The notes: generated by a model from the sequence alone, not told the origin. 63,994 nucleotides of DNA, filler included, from Octopus bimaculoides (GCF_001194135.2; 5 parts of 5 records of this genome joined end to end with filler, not necessarily neighbours in it); one strand, 5' to 3'; positions 12,066 to 26,787 are shown, counted from the whole stretch's first letter. Made by a program: numbers and translations.

Positions 12066-12984
12066 CACACACACACACACAAACATACACACACAAACAT
12101 ACACACACAGATGTATATATATAAAACGTTAGTGTGCGATTTTGTTAGTGTATCTGTGTGCGCGCGCTCGCAAGTGTATGTTCGCACACATGCGCTTGGG
12201 CACTGGTCTACGCATTTTCAAGTACTGTATATTTTAAATTGATGCAAACAGTGTTTACAGATTTATCTGAATGTTATTTATCACAAGTCGACAATTTCTT
12301 TTCTCCTCTAGGAATCATATACACAATCACATCCATACATATATAAATACTGACAATTGTTTAATGCGTATTGGTATAAGTGTATATTTATACATGCATA
12401 AAACATATAGATTTTACACACACATATGTGTGTGTGTGTGTGTGTGCGCATATATGTGTGTGTGTATCATATATACATAAAGTGACAGACTGGCCAGTTT
12501 CGCAAATTGCTCGATGGCTAGTGGACCCGTGAGCCATTAGAATCCATATGTGGGGGCCCATTTTAGTATCTAAGGGTTGAGAATATTTTATTCACTACAG
12601 AAAAAATGCATTATTTCAGCCAGGCTGTGTTTGTAGACAGTTGAAAAGAATACTTTTAACAAAACAAAACAAAACAAAACAAAAAAAAAACAAAAAAAAT
12701 TAAATGATTGTATTGCAGTTACGGGTGGGCTTCTTAGTAGTCGTGGATAGGCCCCCTTAGTCTTCTGACAACCATTATTTTTAGACCCAGTCCGCCCGCC
12801 TCTGTATATATATAGATATATACCTTCACATTTTACCCCAAATCTAATTGCACCGTAAATAACCACACAGCAAATATCCCGAACACCAATCAGATAATCC
12901 GCAACAACCCTATCTGATTTGATTTTCCATTAAATTTTTAACGCTCTAATCTTATTTTAATTGTTTCATACTACATATATAGGC

Positions 12985-13150
12985 GTATGAGTGGTAGCTC
13001 TGTGATAAGTAGTTTGCTTACGAACCACATGGTTCTAGGCTCAGTCCCACTGTGTGGTACCTTGGGTAAGTGTCTTCTACTATAGCCTCGGGCCGACCAA
13101 CTCCTTGTGAGTGGATTTGGTAGACGGAAACTGAAAGAAGCCCGTCATAT
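12985..13150 (+). mobile_element. SINE family B, 5' half
   Basis: AACCACATGGTTC..CAGTCCCACTG.GTGG.ACCTTGGG.AAGTGTCTTC..GGAAACTGAAAGAAGCCCGTC. Confidence 0.85.
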
Positions 13151-13159
13151 ATATACTTA

Positions 13160-13335
13160 TCTACTTCCTTCAGGCCATCCTAAATTGTGTAGATTGAAGT
13201 CTCCCATGAGAATTACGCTGGTGTGCTGTTCTTGTTTGGTGAAGACTTCTCTTATTGCAAGGCAGTCTTCGAATAGGCCAGTGGGGTTTGGCGCATCTGG
13301 TGGGCGATAGGTAGTATATACAACTCTATCGAGTC
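13160..13335 (-). mobile_element. LINE (probably CR1-type) AP-endonuclease fragment
   Basis: VYTTYRPPDAPN...SVILMGDFNLHNLGW contains the YRPP and GDFN endonuclease motifs. Confidence 0.75.
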
Positions 13336-13734
13336 GTCTTATATCTACAATTTGCGTGTGACACACAGGGTTTAAGTGTGACAAAAAAGATCTGAGGTGT
13401 GAGACTTCACTGACGCACGTTGCAACTCCACTATGACTCCTTTATTTTCTGTCACTTTGCAAAACAACATACTTTCGTATGTGTATTTATGCATGTGCGA
13501 TGTCCGGTTTTGGGTGCGTATCATTGAATGCTATGCATAATACTTATTTGGTCCTTTTGCTGTTGTTCTGCTGTGGTATGGCTTTCAGTGTAAGAAGCAA
13601 CAATTTGCATCGTCATCTCCATGCCAGCAGACACCGCGCAGGTAGCATTCAGACAGTTGCGTGTGCTTCCTAACTGTTCGTGTCTTCAGGTATTGAGTGT
13701 GTGACTTGTTTGTTTGTTGTTTTTTTCTTCGCTA

Positions 13735-13806
13735 TATATCTATCTACCTATCTATCTGTCTGTCTGTCTTTCTACCTATCTGTCTGTCTGTCTATCTATA
13801 TGTCTG

Positions 13807-13846
<40 letters not shown>

Positions 13847-13920
13847 CCTATCTGTCTGTCTTATCTGTCTGTCTGTCTCTCTGCCTGGCTGTCTACCTGT
13901 CTTTCTGTCTCTCTATCTAT
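13735..13920. repeat. (TCTA/TCTG)n tetranucleotide repeat
   Basis: Direct inspection. Confidence 0.9.
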
Positions 13921-16296
13921 GTGCTTATGTGAATGTGCAGACAGTATAAGTAAGTGCTCCTTCTCATTTCCCTTGAAACAGATAACTTTGATAATGTAAC
14001 ATTAATGCATTAATATTATTAATGTAAAATGCCAAATACACAAAAAATATTCAGAAAGTCACACTCGGATACACATTAGCATTGTTCACAAGATAGAGAG
14101 ACACTATTTATATAGACAAACTTGCAGCAACATACTGAGATCCAAAGACATAAAAGTAGACCTAAACATACAAACACAAATATCAATCATCATTCTTTCT
14201 TTTTATCCCTCTCTTTTACTGATAGAGAACTACACTCGTATTTTTACGCATCGCTTTTTCAAAAGCATTTGAAAACGATATTTATAAAACACAGTATTCA
14301 GGAATGTGAAGAATATTCTCGACTACAGTTGAGTTTTGCAACTGTTTATCACTGGATTTTAAACGTGTTTCGACAACTAATGAAAACTGTGCTGGATTCT
14401 ATAATATCTTTGTAGTAATTCGAACACGAGCAGCAGCATTAAAATCATTGATAATAGTATCAAGTGTTAGAGAAACTATACTAATTATATATTTGACATT
14501 TCAAGGGAAATAACCTTTCTAGACGTATCGTTACTTATCCATATAAGGCTTGGATTTAGTTAAAATATAATGAAATATAGGGAAAATAAATGAAACAAAA
14601 AATAAATTTTAAATATGTGATTTAAAGAATGAACATTTGGAAATTAATAAATAATAAATATACAAAATTAAAAACTGAATAATATAATTCAAAATAAAAT
14701 TATAGGAAACATTTCTAATTTGCCAGAAGAAAAGAGCTTCTTTCTTTTCTTCTTACTCTGTAAATCTGGTGGAAGATAGCGAAAACAGCAAATACCCAAT
14801 AAACTGCCGTCGTGAGTCTCAGATATCTCAATGATAATGTTTAATGCTTCTATTATTTAATTAATTTCGTCCTTTAATTCCAACGATATCGTGGGCGACA
14901 TTTTTGTTGGTTTCGATGCTATCAAATTCAACACAATAAATAATACGTCGTTAAAATGTCAAGTACACAGAAACATTCTGCAACTCACATATGCAAATGC
15001 TTATATGCTACACAGAAAATTTTATAAAGACAGCGTCCGTCACATACGCAATAAAAATGATACGTCAAGAGGTACAAAAACTGAAGAAACATGCACGAAA
15101 ATTAGTTTCCTTTTGCTGTATTTACTTCTATCCGATACATTTACAAAATCGTATGCAGCTCCTGTTTGTGCATTAAAAACTGAAAAGCATTTAACGACGC
15201 CATTCACAAAATGCTGCATTCATCGATGTCACGCGTTCTGTATATTGTAAAATACTTTCACGTCTACGAATCAATGGTGGCATATCTTATAGTTTAGTTC
15301 GACAACCAGAGGAAACAGTATCGCTTAGATCATATAATATTATTTCAGGAGACTCAGAAGAAATGTCAACATTTATAGAACTACGAAGAGATAGGGTTTT
15401 TCACACACCGTAAGCGTATTTGTGTGTATATTTATTACTGTACATCTCTCTTTCTTTCTCCNNNNNNNNNNNNNNNNNNNNNNNNNNNNNNNNNNNNNNN
15501 NNNNNNNNNNNNNNNNNNNNNNNNNNNNNNNNNNNNNNNNNNNNNNNNNNNNNNNNNNNNNNNNNNNNNNNNNNNNNNNNNNNNNNNNNNNNNNNNNNNN
15601 NNNNNNNNNNNNNNNNNNNNNNNNNNNNNNNNNNNNNNNNNNNNNNNNNNNNNNNNNNNNNNNNNNNNNNNNNNNNNNNNNNNNNNNNNNNNNNNNNNNN
15701 NNNNNNNNNNNNNNNNNNNNNNNNNNNNNNNNNNNNNNNNNNTATATATACACATATATATCATTTATTTGCGAGTGCGCATGTGTATGTAAATGGCATA
15801 TATTTTCTGTAAAATGCCGTTAATGATGAGCTTGATAAATAATTATCTGACTACCACTTTTTACTTAATATATATAGTCTATACACCACTCCTGGCAATC
15901 TACACGTATACACATATGCATATATACGTACATATATACATATATACATACATACATACGTATATGCATACATATATATGTGAACACATACATAAGTCGA
16001 TATGTATGTAAGCATTTATGTATGTAAGCATGTATGTATGTATATATGCGTATGTTTTTGTGTGTAGAGTGTGTTAGTGACATTATGAGAGAACAATGCA
16101 CAAATGTATGTATAACAGCATTCATCTTTTGACAGCGTTGAAGTATATATAAGAAATATTAGTACTACGATATCTGCAGAATCTCACTAGAATCAATCAA
16201 CAAAAATTATATCTCTGTTTCCAGCACTCACGTATATATATCCACACGCCTGAAACTACAAACACATATAGACATATACACACACACACAGACCGA

Positions 16297-16341
<45 letters not shown>

Positions 16342-18314
16342 NNNNNNNNNNNNNNNNNNNNNNNNNNNNNNNNNNNNNNNNNNNNNNNNNNNNNNNNNNN
16401 NNNNNNNNNNNNNNNNNNNNNNNNNNNNNNNNNNNNNNNNNNNNNNNNNNNNNNNNNNNNNNNNNNNNNNNNNNNNNNNNNNNNNNNNNNNNNNNNNNNN
16501 NNNNNNNNNNNNNNNNNNNNNNNNNNNNNNNNNNNNNNNNNNNNNNNNNNNNNNNNNNNNNNNNNNNNNNNNNNNNNNNNNNNNNNNNNNNNNNNNNNNN
16601 NNNNNNNNNNNNNNNNNNNNNNNNNNNNNNNNNNNNNNNNNNNNNNNNNNNNNNNNNNNNNNNNNNNNNNNNNNNNNNNNNNNNNNNNNNNNNNNNNNNN
16701 NNNNNNNNNNNNNNNNNNNNNNNNNNNNNNNNNNNNNNNNNNNNNNNNNNNNNNNNNNNNNNNNNNNNNNNNNNNNNNNNNNNNNNNNNNNNNNNNNNNN
16801 NNNNNNNNNNNNNNNNNNNNNNNNNNNNNNNNNNNNNNNNNNNNNNNNNNNNNNNNNNNNNNNNNNNNNNNNNNNNNNNNNNNNNNNNNNNNNNNNNNNN
16901 NNNNNNNNNNNNNNNNNNNNNNNNNNNNNNNNNCATATATATATATATATGCATATATATGTTTATACACATATATATGCAGGCATATATATGTGTATAT
17001 ACGTATATATATACATATACATTTATACACATATATGTGCAAGCATATATGTGTATACGCGTTTATCTCTCTAACTATCTGTATAGACGCACACACACAC
17101 ACACACTCACACATACACACATACACACACGCTACACTTATTGACACAATTGTATACATATAACCATACGCATTGAAACGGCAAGTTACCTGCAACAAGT
17201 GGGTCCAAATTACAAGACTGGTTTTTCACTTTGTCTTCCTAATTCAAACAGAAGATCCATCTCTTTCTTCAAGCTTCACTCATGTGCAAACATCTCTTCA
17301 GCTGTTTTTATTCCTTATTTGGAAATAGATTTATTTCTATAGATTTTATTATTGAATCTCATTAATTTATTATTGGTTAAATTTCAAAAAATTTCAAATG
17401 TTTATTGGCTGACGGGATACATTTCTTAACATCTTTATCTGTTGTTTCCTGCTCATTGCTGGACCCCACAATTGTATTCGCATTTACCTTTGATATATAC
17501 GTGTCGGTGTGTGAGGGTGTGAGTATGTGTGTGTGTTAGTGTGTATGACTATGGTGTGTGTGTGTGTGTGTGTGTGTATTTGTGCGTGGATCTTTTGCGT
17601 TTTCATTTTTGTTTAATCGTGTTTGTTTCTGTTTTTTGCTATTGTCGCCGATCCATCGATAACCATTAGCGAATTACTGACTCCACTGTCAGATTGTCTA
17701 ATTCGTAATAGCATGAGAAATTACGAGAATGTTCTACTTTCATCGACATTCATTAACTAATTCTCCATTTATTTTTTGCATTTTTACATCTTTTTTTTTT
17801 CACATATTGCCGTTCGATAATTATTATCTTTCTCGTGCTTCAGTGCCAGATTCCAATATGTATTTCCCTGCTTTCTGATTACAAATCAAAATATATACGT
17901 TAACATTGTTTATATTTTTCATTATTCCATTTGGTACATATAAATACTTTACTCTCTACACGCATCCTATATCATTATATAATCACAATGGCTTTACAAA
18001 AATCGACATTGTTCTAATTTATTGTCAAGGTAACATCGCCAACTCTATCCTACATATTTAATGCAACAGAAGTCTTTTTTTATGAATAAAGTGTCTCCGA
18101 TACCGAATTCTCTTTTCTTCGTAGTTCAATTGCTGTTACCTCACAGAATTACCTTGGTTCCAATCATGTTTACATCGTGTGAAGACCAGCATGACAAAGA
18201 TAGACACAAGGTGTTTGCCTGACTTGTGCACTTGTGACATCCACAGGGAATAGGGCATCAGCAACAAATGACGTGCAGCGAGGAGCCTTTACATTGTGTA
18301 CCTCTATACTACAG

Positions 18315-18315
18315 C

Positions 18316-18357
<42 letters not shown>

Positions 18358-18529
18358 CAGCAGCATTAGCAGCAGCAGTAGTAGTAGTAGTAGTTGTTGT
18401 AGTAGTAGTTGTAGTATTAGTGGTAGCAGCAGCAGCATTAGCATCAGCAAAAGTAGTAGTAGTAGTAGTAGTAGTACAGCTGCAGCAGCAGTAGCAGTAG
18501 TAGTAGTGGTGGTGGCGGTGGTAGTAGTG

Positions 18530-18574
<45 letters not shown>

Positions 18575-18612
18575 ATAGTAGTAGTAGTAATAGTAGTAGT
18601 AGTAGTAGTTAT
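18315..18612. repeat. (GTA/GCA/GTG)n trinucleotide repeat
   Basis: Direct inspection. Confidence 0.95.
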
Positions 18613-19466
18613 ATTTCAGCTGCGGTCAAGACATCGGACGGGGTCGGTTCAGGTTTGAGTGTTTCAGTAAAGTTATTCGCATACGTACCTCTGCCCTCTA
18701 CAACTCTTTCTCTCTCCTCCCACTACTACATGACACACGACTATCTAAACCCCTTTTTTCAAACCTCTTTACCCCCTTCTCTGTGCTCTTTCATTATATT
18801 TTCCTACACGGTTTCTCTTCCTTCGTTGTCTTCCTTCCTTCTGACGCTCTATCTGCCTTTATCATTTTTTTTTCTTTTTCAAACCATATTCTTCTGTCTG
18901 GAAACTGGACAGTTTTTTTTTTTCTGATAATTCTTCTTTCTTTTTTTTGTTCGTGTTTGTTTTTGTCATTGTCATTTGCGTTCATTAGCTTTTCCCTCCA
19001 GCTTGTTGTCACTGGCATCACCTACAATTCAATGAACAGGGTATGTGGGCGTCTTCTGGTTTTCATATTTGTATTTAAATTTAGTATCGTCAGAAGATTG
19101 CGTCAGTAGGTTTTTGTCGAGAGCATCCATATTATTTTGGTTTACCATGTGAAATTTTATGGTGACATTTATTTTGATTTATTGTCATGTTCATCAACAG
19201 GTTCTGAAACCTGAACTCACTAACAGTCTAATTTATGTAGTTAGCATATATTTTGTCTAATTAATAACGAATTTACAGTTTGTTATGTTTTTGTTAAAAT
19301 TTCTGTTTGCTGAGTTTTTGTTAAATCTTTGAAATACATGAGTACGCTTGCATAAATATCATACACCAAATTCACTCACAAAACTTTGAAATCGAGCTAG
19401 TCTCTGACGGAGTTTCTCAGTATGTCTCCATTGAAGTCTGATGTCGGCTCCGTACCGATTGGATAA

Positions 19467-19632
19467 TACTGTTTTATATTTTAGAGATGAGGAATTCTGT
19501 AACCAAACATTATTTTTTTTGCTGATGTTACTATCATTATTACTATTTATTCAAGGCACTGCCTAGAATCGAATTCGGAATCTTGGGGTTAGTAGCCTGC
19601 GCTCTTAACCATTACGCTGTATGCCCGTGGGC
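19467..19632 (-). mobile_element. tRNA-headed SINE family C, internally deleted
   Basis: Minus-strand head GCCCACGGGCATACAGCGTAATGGTTAAGAGCGC..CCGAATTCGATTC; terminal AATTCCTCATCTC.AAAATATA shared with 52278-52481. Confidence 0.7.
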
Positions 19633-19819
19633 ATTTATAGAGTAGATTTTAGGACTTATAAAACTAATATTTTTATATTTTGTACCGGGTCGCACGAGAA
19701 GTTTTTAGGCGGGCTATTTAAGCTAGTCGTGTGCATACGTGCATATATATGTATGTATACGTCCGTATATGTAAGTATACTGTTTATATGCATGTATTTG
19801 TATTTATGTACTTGAGTAT

Positions 19820-19877
19820 ATTCCACTGATGAAGGCAAAGCATTATTATTTATGCAAAGCCAGAAATCCAGGATTTA
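19820..19877 (+). ncRNA. Degenerate type I hammerhead-like motif
   Basis: AUUCCA CUGAUGA AGGC(22 nt)GCCA GAAA UCC-A-GGA UU UAGAA(U); one mismatch each in stems I and II. Confidence 0.45.
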
Positions 19878-20665
19878 GAATTATCTTGTTATTTTTACTG
19901 GTTTATTTGGTCTTCGTCTTCGCTACTCATGCTATGTGGACATTTATTGTGGTTTTAGAGTCAGGATTTGACTGCTATTTTTCAGCGTGGTGGTATTTCT
20001 TAGATACCCTGTATTATAATTTTAAATAATTATTACNNNNNNNNNNNNNNNNNNNNNNNNNNNNNNNNNNNNNNNNNNNNNNNNNNNNNNNNNNNNNNNN
20101 NNNNNNNNNNNNNNNNNNNNNNNNNNNNNNNNNNNNNNNNNNNNNNNNNNNNNNNNNNNNNNNNNNNNNNNNNNNNNNNNNNNNNNNNNNNNNNNNNNNN
20201 NNNNNNNNNNNNNNNNNNNNNNNNNNNNNNNNNNNNNNNNNNNNNNNNNNNNNNNNNNNNNNNNNNNNNNNNNNNNNNNNNNNNNNNNNNNNNNNNNNNN
20301 NNNNNNNNNNNNNNNNNNNNNNNNNNNNNNNNNNNNNNNNNNNNNNNNNNNNNNNNNNNNNNNNNNNNNNNNNNNNNNNNNNNNNNNNNNNNNNNNNNNN
20401 NNNNNNNNNNNNNNNNNNNNNNNNNNNNNNNNNNNNNNNNNNNNNNNNNNNNNNNNNNNNNNNNNNNNNNNNNNNNNNNNNNNNNNNNNNNNNNNNNNNN
20501 NNNNNNNNNNNNNNNNNNNNNNNNNNNNNNNNNNNNNNNNNNNNNNNNNNNNNNNNNNNNNNNNNNNNNNNNNNNNNNNNNNNNNNNNNNNNNNNNNNNN
20601 NNNNNNNNNNNNNNNNNNNNNNNNNNNNNNNNNNNNNNNNNNNNNNNNNNNNNNTACATATATAT

Positions 20666-20873
20666 AAAGTCAAGGTAGAGGTTGCTAAAATTATTTCATA
20701 AAAAACATTTTACTCCCAGCTTCGGTCATTCAGACGTTTTCAACTCTAAATATGGAAAAGAATTGAATTTTGGAAAAATTAAATAAAAAGCTTTTTAAAA
20801 GAATATTTGCATAATATACAAATCCAAGAGGAATTTTCCTTTTTCCTCTCTCTCACTCTCTCTCTCTCTCTCC

Positions 20874-20920
<47 letters not shown>

Positions 20921-21107
20921 TACTCTTGTGGGTACGACCTCGAACCCACAAGAGTAAACAAGAGACACAGAGACAGACAGGAACTTTTCATTTAATATTT
21001 CCAAAATTTTATTCTTTTCCATTTTTGGAGTTGAAATGTCTCAATGACCCAAACCAGTAGTAAAATGTTTGTTATAAAATTATTTTACCATTCTCTACCT
21101 TGGCTTT
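20666..21107. mobile_element. ~440-bp foldback/MITE-like quasi-palindrome with a perfect central 22-bp hairpin
   Basis: Outer arms (~20666-20790 vs ~20985-21107) are reverse-complementary at about 75-80%; 20912-20933 pairs with 20944-20965 at 22/22 with a 10-nt loop. Confidence 0.75.
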
Positions 21108-21328
21108 ACTTTCAAACACGTATGTTCCTTTTCAACCTTATATATATATGAATGTGCATGTGTGTGTTTATACACGTATGGATAGATATGAATAGGTATA
21201 CAGAGATATATATATAGATAAAATACTGCGTAACAGGTTGTATATAATGAAGTTTATAATAGTGCAAATCGAAGCTACTGAATCCTTTAAAAAGTAGTGT
21301 TAGGATTCATATATATACATGTGTATAT

Positions 21329-21396
<68 letters not shown>

Positions 21397-22422
21397 ATAC
21401 GTAAGTACATATATATGTGAGTGTATTTTGTGTGCGTGTAACTATGTAACTATGTCTGAATGTATTATCTAAGTAGATCGATAGCTTGTTTACTACTGGA
21501 ACAATGGTACAAAACACCGTTCCCTTTTAAGACGCCTACACGTGTTCACTTCTGATTACTCCTCCCCTGCACACACCATTCCTGTTAAAGACTAACACAA
21601 TCGATATTGTAAAACGTAACACAATCAACATTAGCAATTACACAGTGGTTGACAAATGAGAGAGACATATTCACAGTTTCGCAAAAAAGACAATTACAGT
21701 ACAACAAAACAATATCACAAAGGCGTTGTGGACACAAATAATAAGAAATACTCATATACATAACGTCGATGATAATACGCAAATATATATACTTATTTAT
21801 GTGGTGAGGTGCGCGGTACGCTCGTTTCTGTGTCTCTGCTGGTATTTGTCATCCGCTATCGCTTGGCAATCGTATCTGATTTTTCTCATTTTCAATGCAA
21901 TAGCGCTTCAACAAAAGAGTCCAATTGAATAAATACAGACTTAAAAGCTTAACCTATGCTTGTTTTGCTGTATTAAACTTTAGCCAGTCTTCTCTCATGG
22001 CTTCAGTCCGATAAGTTAAGTAAAAGATAGTTAATTCGATAGTTAAGGAAATGATCAACAAGTATGTTTCTGCAATCGCTTCCTGAATAATTACACAGAA
22101 AATTTGCTTCGAATGATTACCTTTTTCTGCTTCACTTTGTCTCATTTCTTCCATCTTACCTGCACAGGTGCTCGATCTGTCAAACGTCAAATGTCGGAGT
22201 GACCGGAGAGCATTCTAAGATAAACATAACGCCCTGTCCGGGAATCGAATCCACGAAAATGTGAACGTGAATGCCACACCCTAGCTACAAGAGCCCTGCA
22301 CCCTCAACAAGGATGACAGAATAGCAAATTTCTTTTTCCTTAAGTACAATAAGGCAATGTAACCGATGGAACAGAAGCAACAATGCTAGAACCTATGTAA
22401 GACGGCGAGCTGGCAGAAAAGA

Positions 22423-22615
22423 TAGTACACCGGGCGAAATGATTAGCAGTATTTAGTCTGTTTCTACCTTCTGAGTTCAAATTCCGCTGTGTTCGACTTT
22501 GCTTTTCATCCGTTCGGGGTCGATAAATTAAGTACCAGCTGTGTGGTGGGTCAATCTAATTATCTGGTCCCCTCCCACCAAATTTCGGGCCTTGTACCTA
22601 GAGTAGAAAAGAATA
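22423..22615 (+). mobile_element. SINE family A (tail type 2)
   Basis: GGCGAGCTGGCAGAA..GAGTTCAAATTCCGC..AAGTACCAG..GAGTAGAAAAG. Confidence 0.85.
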
Positions 22616-23989
22616 AGAGAACTTATATATAATAGGTACGCCACTAAGAACAATGAGACGTTCATTTCTAGGGCATATTTTCTCCCTATATCTAGCGATC
22701 GAAAATTGTATAGCCCTTCCAGATTATGCTATATATGTCTTCTGTAAACAAATATAATTCGCAAACTATCCAAGCGAAGGCACGGGAGTGGACGATGTGT
22801 TTTCGAATGATATCTAGTATCAAGCAAGAGGGAATTAAATGTTGACACATTTGAGGCCTCGTTAACTTAACTGAAATTTAGGGAAGAACTACGTCATCTT
22901 TATCATTTTTATCATTATCATTATTTTAATCTGTATGGGTTACTGCTCTTCAAAAGATAACTATTCTCTACGTGTAACCACTATTAAATTAGAATTTAGT
23001 TGTTGCTATTTGGGAGGATAAACACGCTTAGATATCTCTCCCATATGAATTCCAATAGAGAACAACTGAATATCAATTGTTAAAATGTTTATGTAGAAGG
23101 TGTTGATAGCATATGGCCATAAATAGGAAATTCCCTGAGCCTTCTGACATCAAAGGATTGCTGGAACTTAAAATTATAGTATGCAACAGGTGGATATGGA
23201 GTATATGTGAAGCATCGTGGATCACTTAAAGAGTTTATGTCCCATTGAAAAACAATAACAAAGATATATAGTATTAACAGCGATAAAATAAAACCTAAAT
23301 ATCCATATTTATAGCGATAAATGTGACACATCAGTATGTGCAGCAGTAACCCCCATTCTTATAATATAAAAAGATTATCATCGATGTAACATTTATGGAG
23401 CTACTAACCTGCTACATACACAAAAATTCTCATTACATCCCATTCTACCGCCTTAGAAATGTTAAGCTTACTTTCCATAACACAAGTATATGGGAGAGTT
23501 GTGTACATGCGATGAAACAGCTTACGAAAAGAACGCTTGAGATAATCAAATTATGTTTTTAACTCCCGATGACATATTATCTTAAAATTTAAGGTAGCAT
23601 TTGAAAATAGCAGCTAGCATATACTACGTCTCAATAAAATGGAAATAGGCGTAGATTGACCGGGTGCTAAATTAACTGGAGATATGCAACAAGGACATAC
23701 ATAGCAATCGCTGTGCAATTCTTCACTGCAGGCGCCTGTAGAACCGACTATTGTTCAGACAAAGAATTACAAAAAGTATTTTATCTTGAATTATTTCGGG
23801 AATATTAATTCGCCTTATTTACCCTCTCGAATTATTTCCTTGATTGGATAGTTCTCTTCACACGTATCTCGAGGTCGAAATTTCTCGGTCGATAAAATAA
23901 GTACTAGTTACACTCTGGGATTGCTGTTATCGACTTACCCCTTCACCGGAACGTGCTGATCCTGTGCTAAAATCTGCGACCATCATCAT

Positions 23990-24600
23990 TATTATCGCCG
24001 TCGTCGTCGTTTTTCTTGTTACTATGCTAGTGAATACTAATTTACTAAGCAGGTATTCTATATTGAGGTTTGGTGACAACAGATCTCAGAACGTCAGAAT
24101 TTTCCTAAGGCTTCTGGTAGACTACAAGGTGAACGTTTTCTACAACACTGAAACGTGAGTTTTAATTCTAGTCGCTTTCAATCGTTTAGCTAGTAATTTG
24201 GGTGTTGTGCTAAGTGTACCACTTACTACAAGAATGATTGTTGTCTTGAGCTTCCACATGCAGATCGGTTCTCTATCTATATCCTGATATTTCTAATTTT
24301 CTTCAATTCTTTTCGTATCGACGCTGCTGTCGTTAAACTTTATAAAAATCTTATCTTATATTTCTTTTATTTTGTCGTCTATGATCATATGAAGTCGTCA
24401 TGCTTCCGTAGTAATGTCAGTCTTTAGGGGAGAAATCACATAAGATCTTGCAATTCACCTTTTCGCTTACAACGTCTGGTGCATGTTCATACCAAACTTC
24501 TATTGTCTTGAAGACATACATTCGGCGAACGTCCCTCTGCATTCTTTTGCCTACACAGTCATATCTGCGTTTCTATTCCTCTTCTGCTAGTAAACTGTAC
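23990..24600 (-). mobile_element. R4/Dong-like non-LTR element, restriction-like endonuclease and 3' end (decayed)
   Basis: Minus-strand remnants WYEHAPDVVSEK..KILCDF, KYQDID..MWKLKTTII..GTL, RSLRKILT*; 3' UTR TGAGATCTGTTGTCACC shared with the 32630 copy. Confidence 0.65.
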
Positions 24601-24869
24601 TCACTCAAAAGTTGATATGTGGATTGATACATTTTATATTCCTTTTGTGCTACTACACTGCTCTCATTCAAAAATAATTGACACTTATTACTGATAGAGC
24701 AGCGCATGCAATAAAAGTGACATTAATATGCGAATATACGAAACCCAGTATGACAACCCTTCTGAAAGCGGTACATGAAGCACATGTATCACAACTATAT
24801 CTACGAAATATAGAGATCTCTTATGAAGATAAACAGCGCATGAATTTGGAGTTAGATTTTTAGAGAGAT

Positions 24870-25060
24870 CCAGTAGCCCATCTCACTCAAAAGGTTCCTG
24901 AATAAGGGTTGTTAGTCAAACTTAACGAACCACCCATGTTTTCAGAAAGGGAATTATTCAAATCCCAAAGCGTTCCATGGCTATGAATGTCCCCCGACTA
25001 TTCCTGTTCGTGATCAGGTGAGCCACTAAGGGATTAGTTCAGGAGATGACGGTCAAGCAG
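24870..25060. mobile_element. Repeat family D copy
   Basis: GTAGCCCATC..CTCAAAAGGT.CCTGAATAAGGGTTG..CCCATGTTT.CAGAA as at 5188-5485. Confidence 0.65.
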
Positions 25061-26649
25061 TAGTAGTAGTAATAATAACATTGGTTTCAAATGTTTGCAC
25101 AAAGCCAGCAATTTCGAGGGAGGAGGTAAGTCGATAACATCGACTCCAGTGATCAACTGTTACTTATTTTGGTGAGATTTCCATCCGTATACACCGTGAG
25201 AAAATTTTTAATGTTTCTAAGAATACTTTTAACGTCTATAAGAAAAATTGAAATTAGGAAATATAAAAGTATCACAATAATTCGTTGTGTAGCTCTGGAG
25301 GCCTTCGCCTTTTATTATTTATCCTTGGGAAATTTATGTTGATCTAGTTTAAGTGCATTCAATATATATAAATATCTAAAATATACTTCCTTCACTTTTA
25401 TCACACTCATTATTCATAGGTGAACTTAGCGGAGAACATCCCGCGGTAAGAAGAAGCACTATCACCCAATTTTGAGAATGAAAAAAAAAATATTAGTATT
25501 CTGTTTCTAAATATGGCAAGAAATATATCGGAGAACCTTCTTTCTTTCCCTCCCACCAGAGCCGAACCACATAAATGGATAAGAGAGCTGATTTTCTGAG
25601 CATTTTACATAGCTTTAATCGAAGATCAACGATCGCGTTCGTCCTATTTAAATGCACCAATTTTCGCTCTCTTTATGGAAACAAAAATCTACTACAATAG
25701 CGTCGGAACATGCTAAAAACAAAATGTACTGAACCGTTTCATAATTGAGTGTGTAAGCTTTGCATATAATGCAATACTAATTACGTTTCAGGTTACACAA
25801 CTCTGGCTTCTCTGAAGATTATCACATAACCTTTCGATTAGTATATCAACAATATTTATCTATAATTTACATGATACTTGTTTTAACGTTTAGTGTCGCT
25901 CGGTCATCTTTTTTAATCGTTTATATCGACTGTTTTACAACAAAATTGTATATTTATGTTTAGATGTAGAAATCGGCTTAGATTTTGTAATGTTTCTCAC
26001 TTATAGAAGGATAGAGCAGTGTTTAATACTATGTTTTAGACAAGAAACCATTTACTTCGGCGACGAAGAAACGGCAAACTAAAAACGGTAAAAATAAGGA
26101 AAGAAAGAAGCGGAGATAACAGGAAAACATGTCAGAACTCGGAAATTGGTGAGACCAAGCAGAAAACGACATTCGTCTATGTATGCATACACACATTCGT
26201 ACACATACATACATAAACACACGTATAATATATAAGTATGTATGCATGTATGTATGTGTTTATGTACGTATGTAAGCAGATGTATTTAAAAAAAGCAAAT
26301 GTTAAAGGAAGTGCGAAAGAAAAAAGTACATTTCGCTGCAGGTTTTGACAGCAACACCACATAGCGTTGAGGAAACGACCAAATTTTCGTAAAGTACATT
26401 TACCAAAGAGTATTCGAGCGAATTCAACCGTGAGAAAGGAAGAGACAACACGAGAGATAAGGAATAAAACTAGAAGAATCAGAAAATGAAGCAGCTTTCT
26501 TTAAATGTATTATGAGACTGTGGAGAAGAAACGGGGAAAAACAGAAAGAAATTAGTTGAGTGAGAAATAACGAAGTAACATGGCACTGTAGAAGAAGGAA
26601 ATGAGACGAGTAGAATATAGCGAAGGGAAGAAATAGTAAATTATATATG

Positions 26650-26720
<71 letters not shown>

Positions 26721-26787
26721 NNNNNNNNNNNNNNNNNNNNNNNNNNNNNNNNNNNNNNNNNNNNNNNNNNNNNNNNNNNNNNNNNNN

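Noticed and set aside
13587-13640. Candidate small exon (cag|TGTAAG...CAG|gtagca)
   Set aside because: No recognisable protein similarity and no partner exon.
23089-23331. Hydrophobic 80-aa ORF
   Set aside because: No splice support or domain motif; consistent with chance in AT-rich DNA.
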